From Methanocella sp. (GTDB lineage: Archaea; Thermoproteota; Bathyarchaeia; Bathyarchaeales; Bathycorpusculaceae): a stretch of DNA of 16,774 nt. The stretch is taken from the NCBI GenBank assembly GCA_050261115.1, contig JBLNCY010000063.1, positions 1 through 16,774 on the forward strand. The letters are read 5' to 3'. The notes below the pieces were generated by a model. It searched no databases. It was not told the origin of the DNA and saw only the letters and a program-made list of their open reading frames with translations. A program made the position numbers and the translations under genes. Below, one piece after another: positions 16,211 to 16,774 of the stretch. The stretch's first letter is position 1; each line of letters opens with the position of its first letter.

Positions 16211-16774
16211 ATGTTGGACTTAATCTTGATGTGGAAGAACCCAAAGATGATAGCATACTTTGCGCTTACTGCAGTACTCTACGCTCTCCTGCTTCTGCCC
16301 GTCTCTGAATACTCTCTCTTCGCTCAAGACGCAGACTACTTAAGGATAGCAATGTGCATTCCAGTGGGCTTCTCTTTCCTCTTTGGCCCAGCCGCTGCAT
16401 GGGGCGCCGCTTTCGGAAACCTAGCGTTTGATGCATTAACTGGACTGAGCTGGGTTACGCCGTTTGGATTCTTAGGAAACTTCCTGATTGGCTACATACC
16501 CTACAAGCTTTATTCAAAGATTACAACAGAGAAACCCATCCCATACAGCGCTAAAAAATTAGGCTTATTCATCGGGTTGAGTGCCTTAGCCTGTGCCTTA
16601 TGCGGGTTGGTTATCGGATGGGGCCTATTCTATGTGCGCTCAATTCCTTTTGCGATGACGGCGTTCACGATTTTCACATCTGACTTCCTTTGGGCTGCAC
16701 TTTTAGGACCCATTGTACTACTACTCAGCTATGGCTTCTTCAGCAAACGCCATTTGCTCTACAACGACTTGTTA
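16211..16774 (+). CDS. QueT-like ECF transporter S-component (partial; runs off the window end, not in the ORF track)
   Basis: Frame open from ATG 16211 to the end: MLDLILMWKNPKMIAYFALTAVLYALL...LRIAMCIPVGFSFLFGPAAAWGAAFGNLAFD...FGFLGNFLIGYIPYKL. About six TM segments with the S-component-like FGP..AWG.A.GN..D pattern. Substrate uncertain. Confidence 0.8.
   Translation, partial: MLDLILMWKNPKMIAYFALTAVLYALLLLPVSEYSLFAQDADYLRIAMCIPVGFSFLFGPAAAWGAAFGNLAFDALTGLSWVTPFGFLGNFLIGYIPYKLYSKITTEKPIPYSAKKLGLFIGLSALACALCGLVIGWGLFYVRSIPFAMTAFTIFTSDFLWAALLGPIVLLLSYGFFSKRHLLYNDLL

Overview
Gene-dense archaeal chromosome segment. It has an archaeal-type TrpRS, Nip7, archaemetzincin, a beta-CASP RNase, TATA/BRE promoters and GGTGA/GGAG ribosome-binding sites. 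The mix with bacterial-type DnaJ and aspartase is consistent with Bathyarchaeia, but that is an inference. Gene order: dnaJ(+), hisS(+), glnA(-), nip7(-), RsmB/NOP2 m5C methyltransferase(-), trkH-like(+), nikR(+), nadA(-), a 400-bp intergenic region with a candidate 53-aa Cys-rich ORF(+), aspA(-), HD protein(-), DUF362(-), presenilin-like GxGD protease(-), archaemetzincin(-), beta-CASP RNase(-), trpS(-), and a QueT-like ECF S-component(+) truncated at the window end. I see no mobile element, CRISPR array, tRNA or rRNA. The most notable item is a tightly coupled RNase / zinc protease / presenilin-like intramembrane protease operon. Other points of interest are a translationally coupled Nop2-Nip7 pair, a divergent TrkH beside a NikR lacking the K+-site glutamate, the small unannotated ORF, and several palindromes next to TATA boxes.
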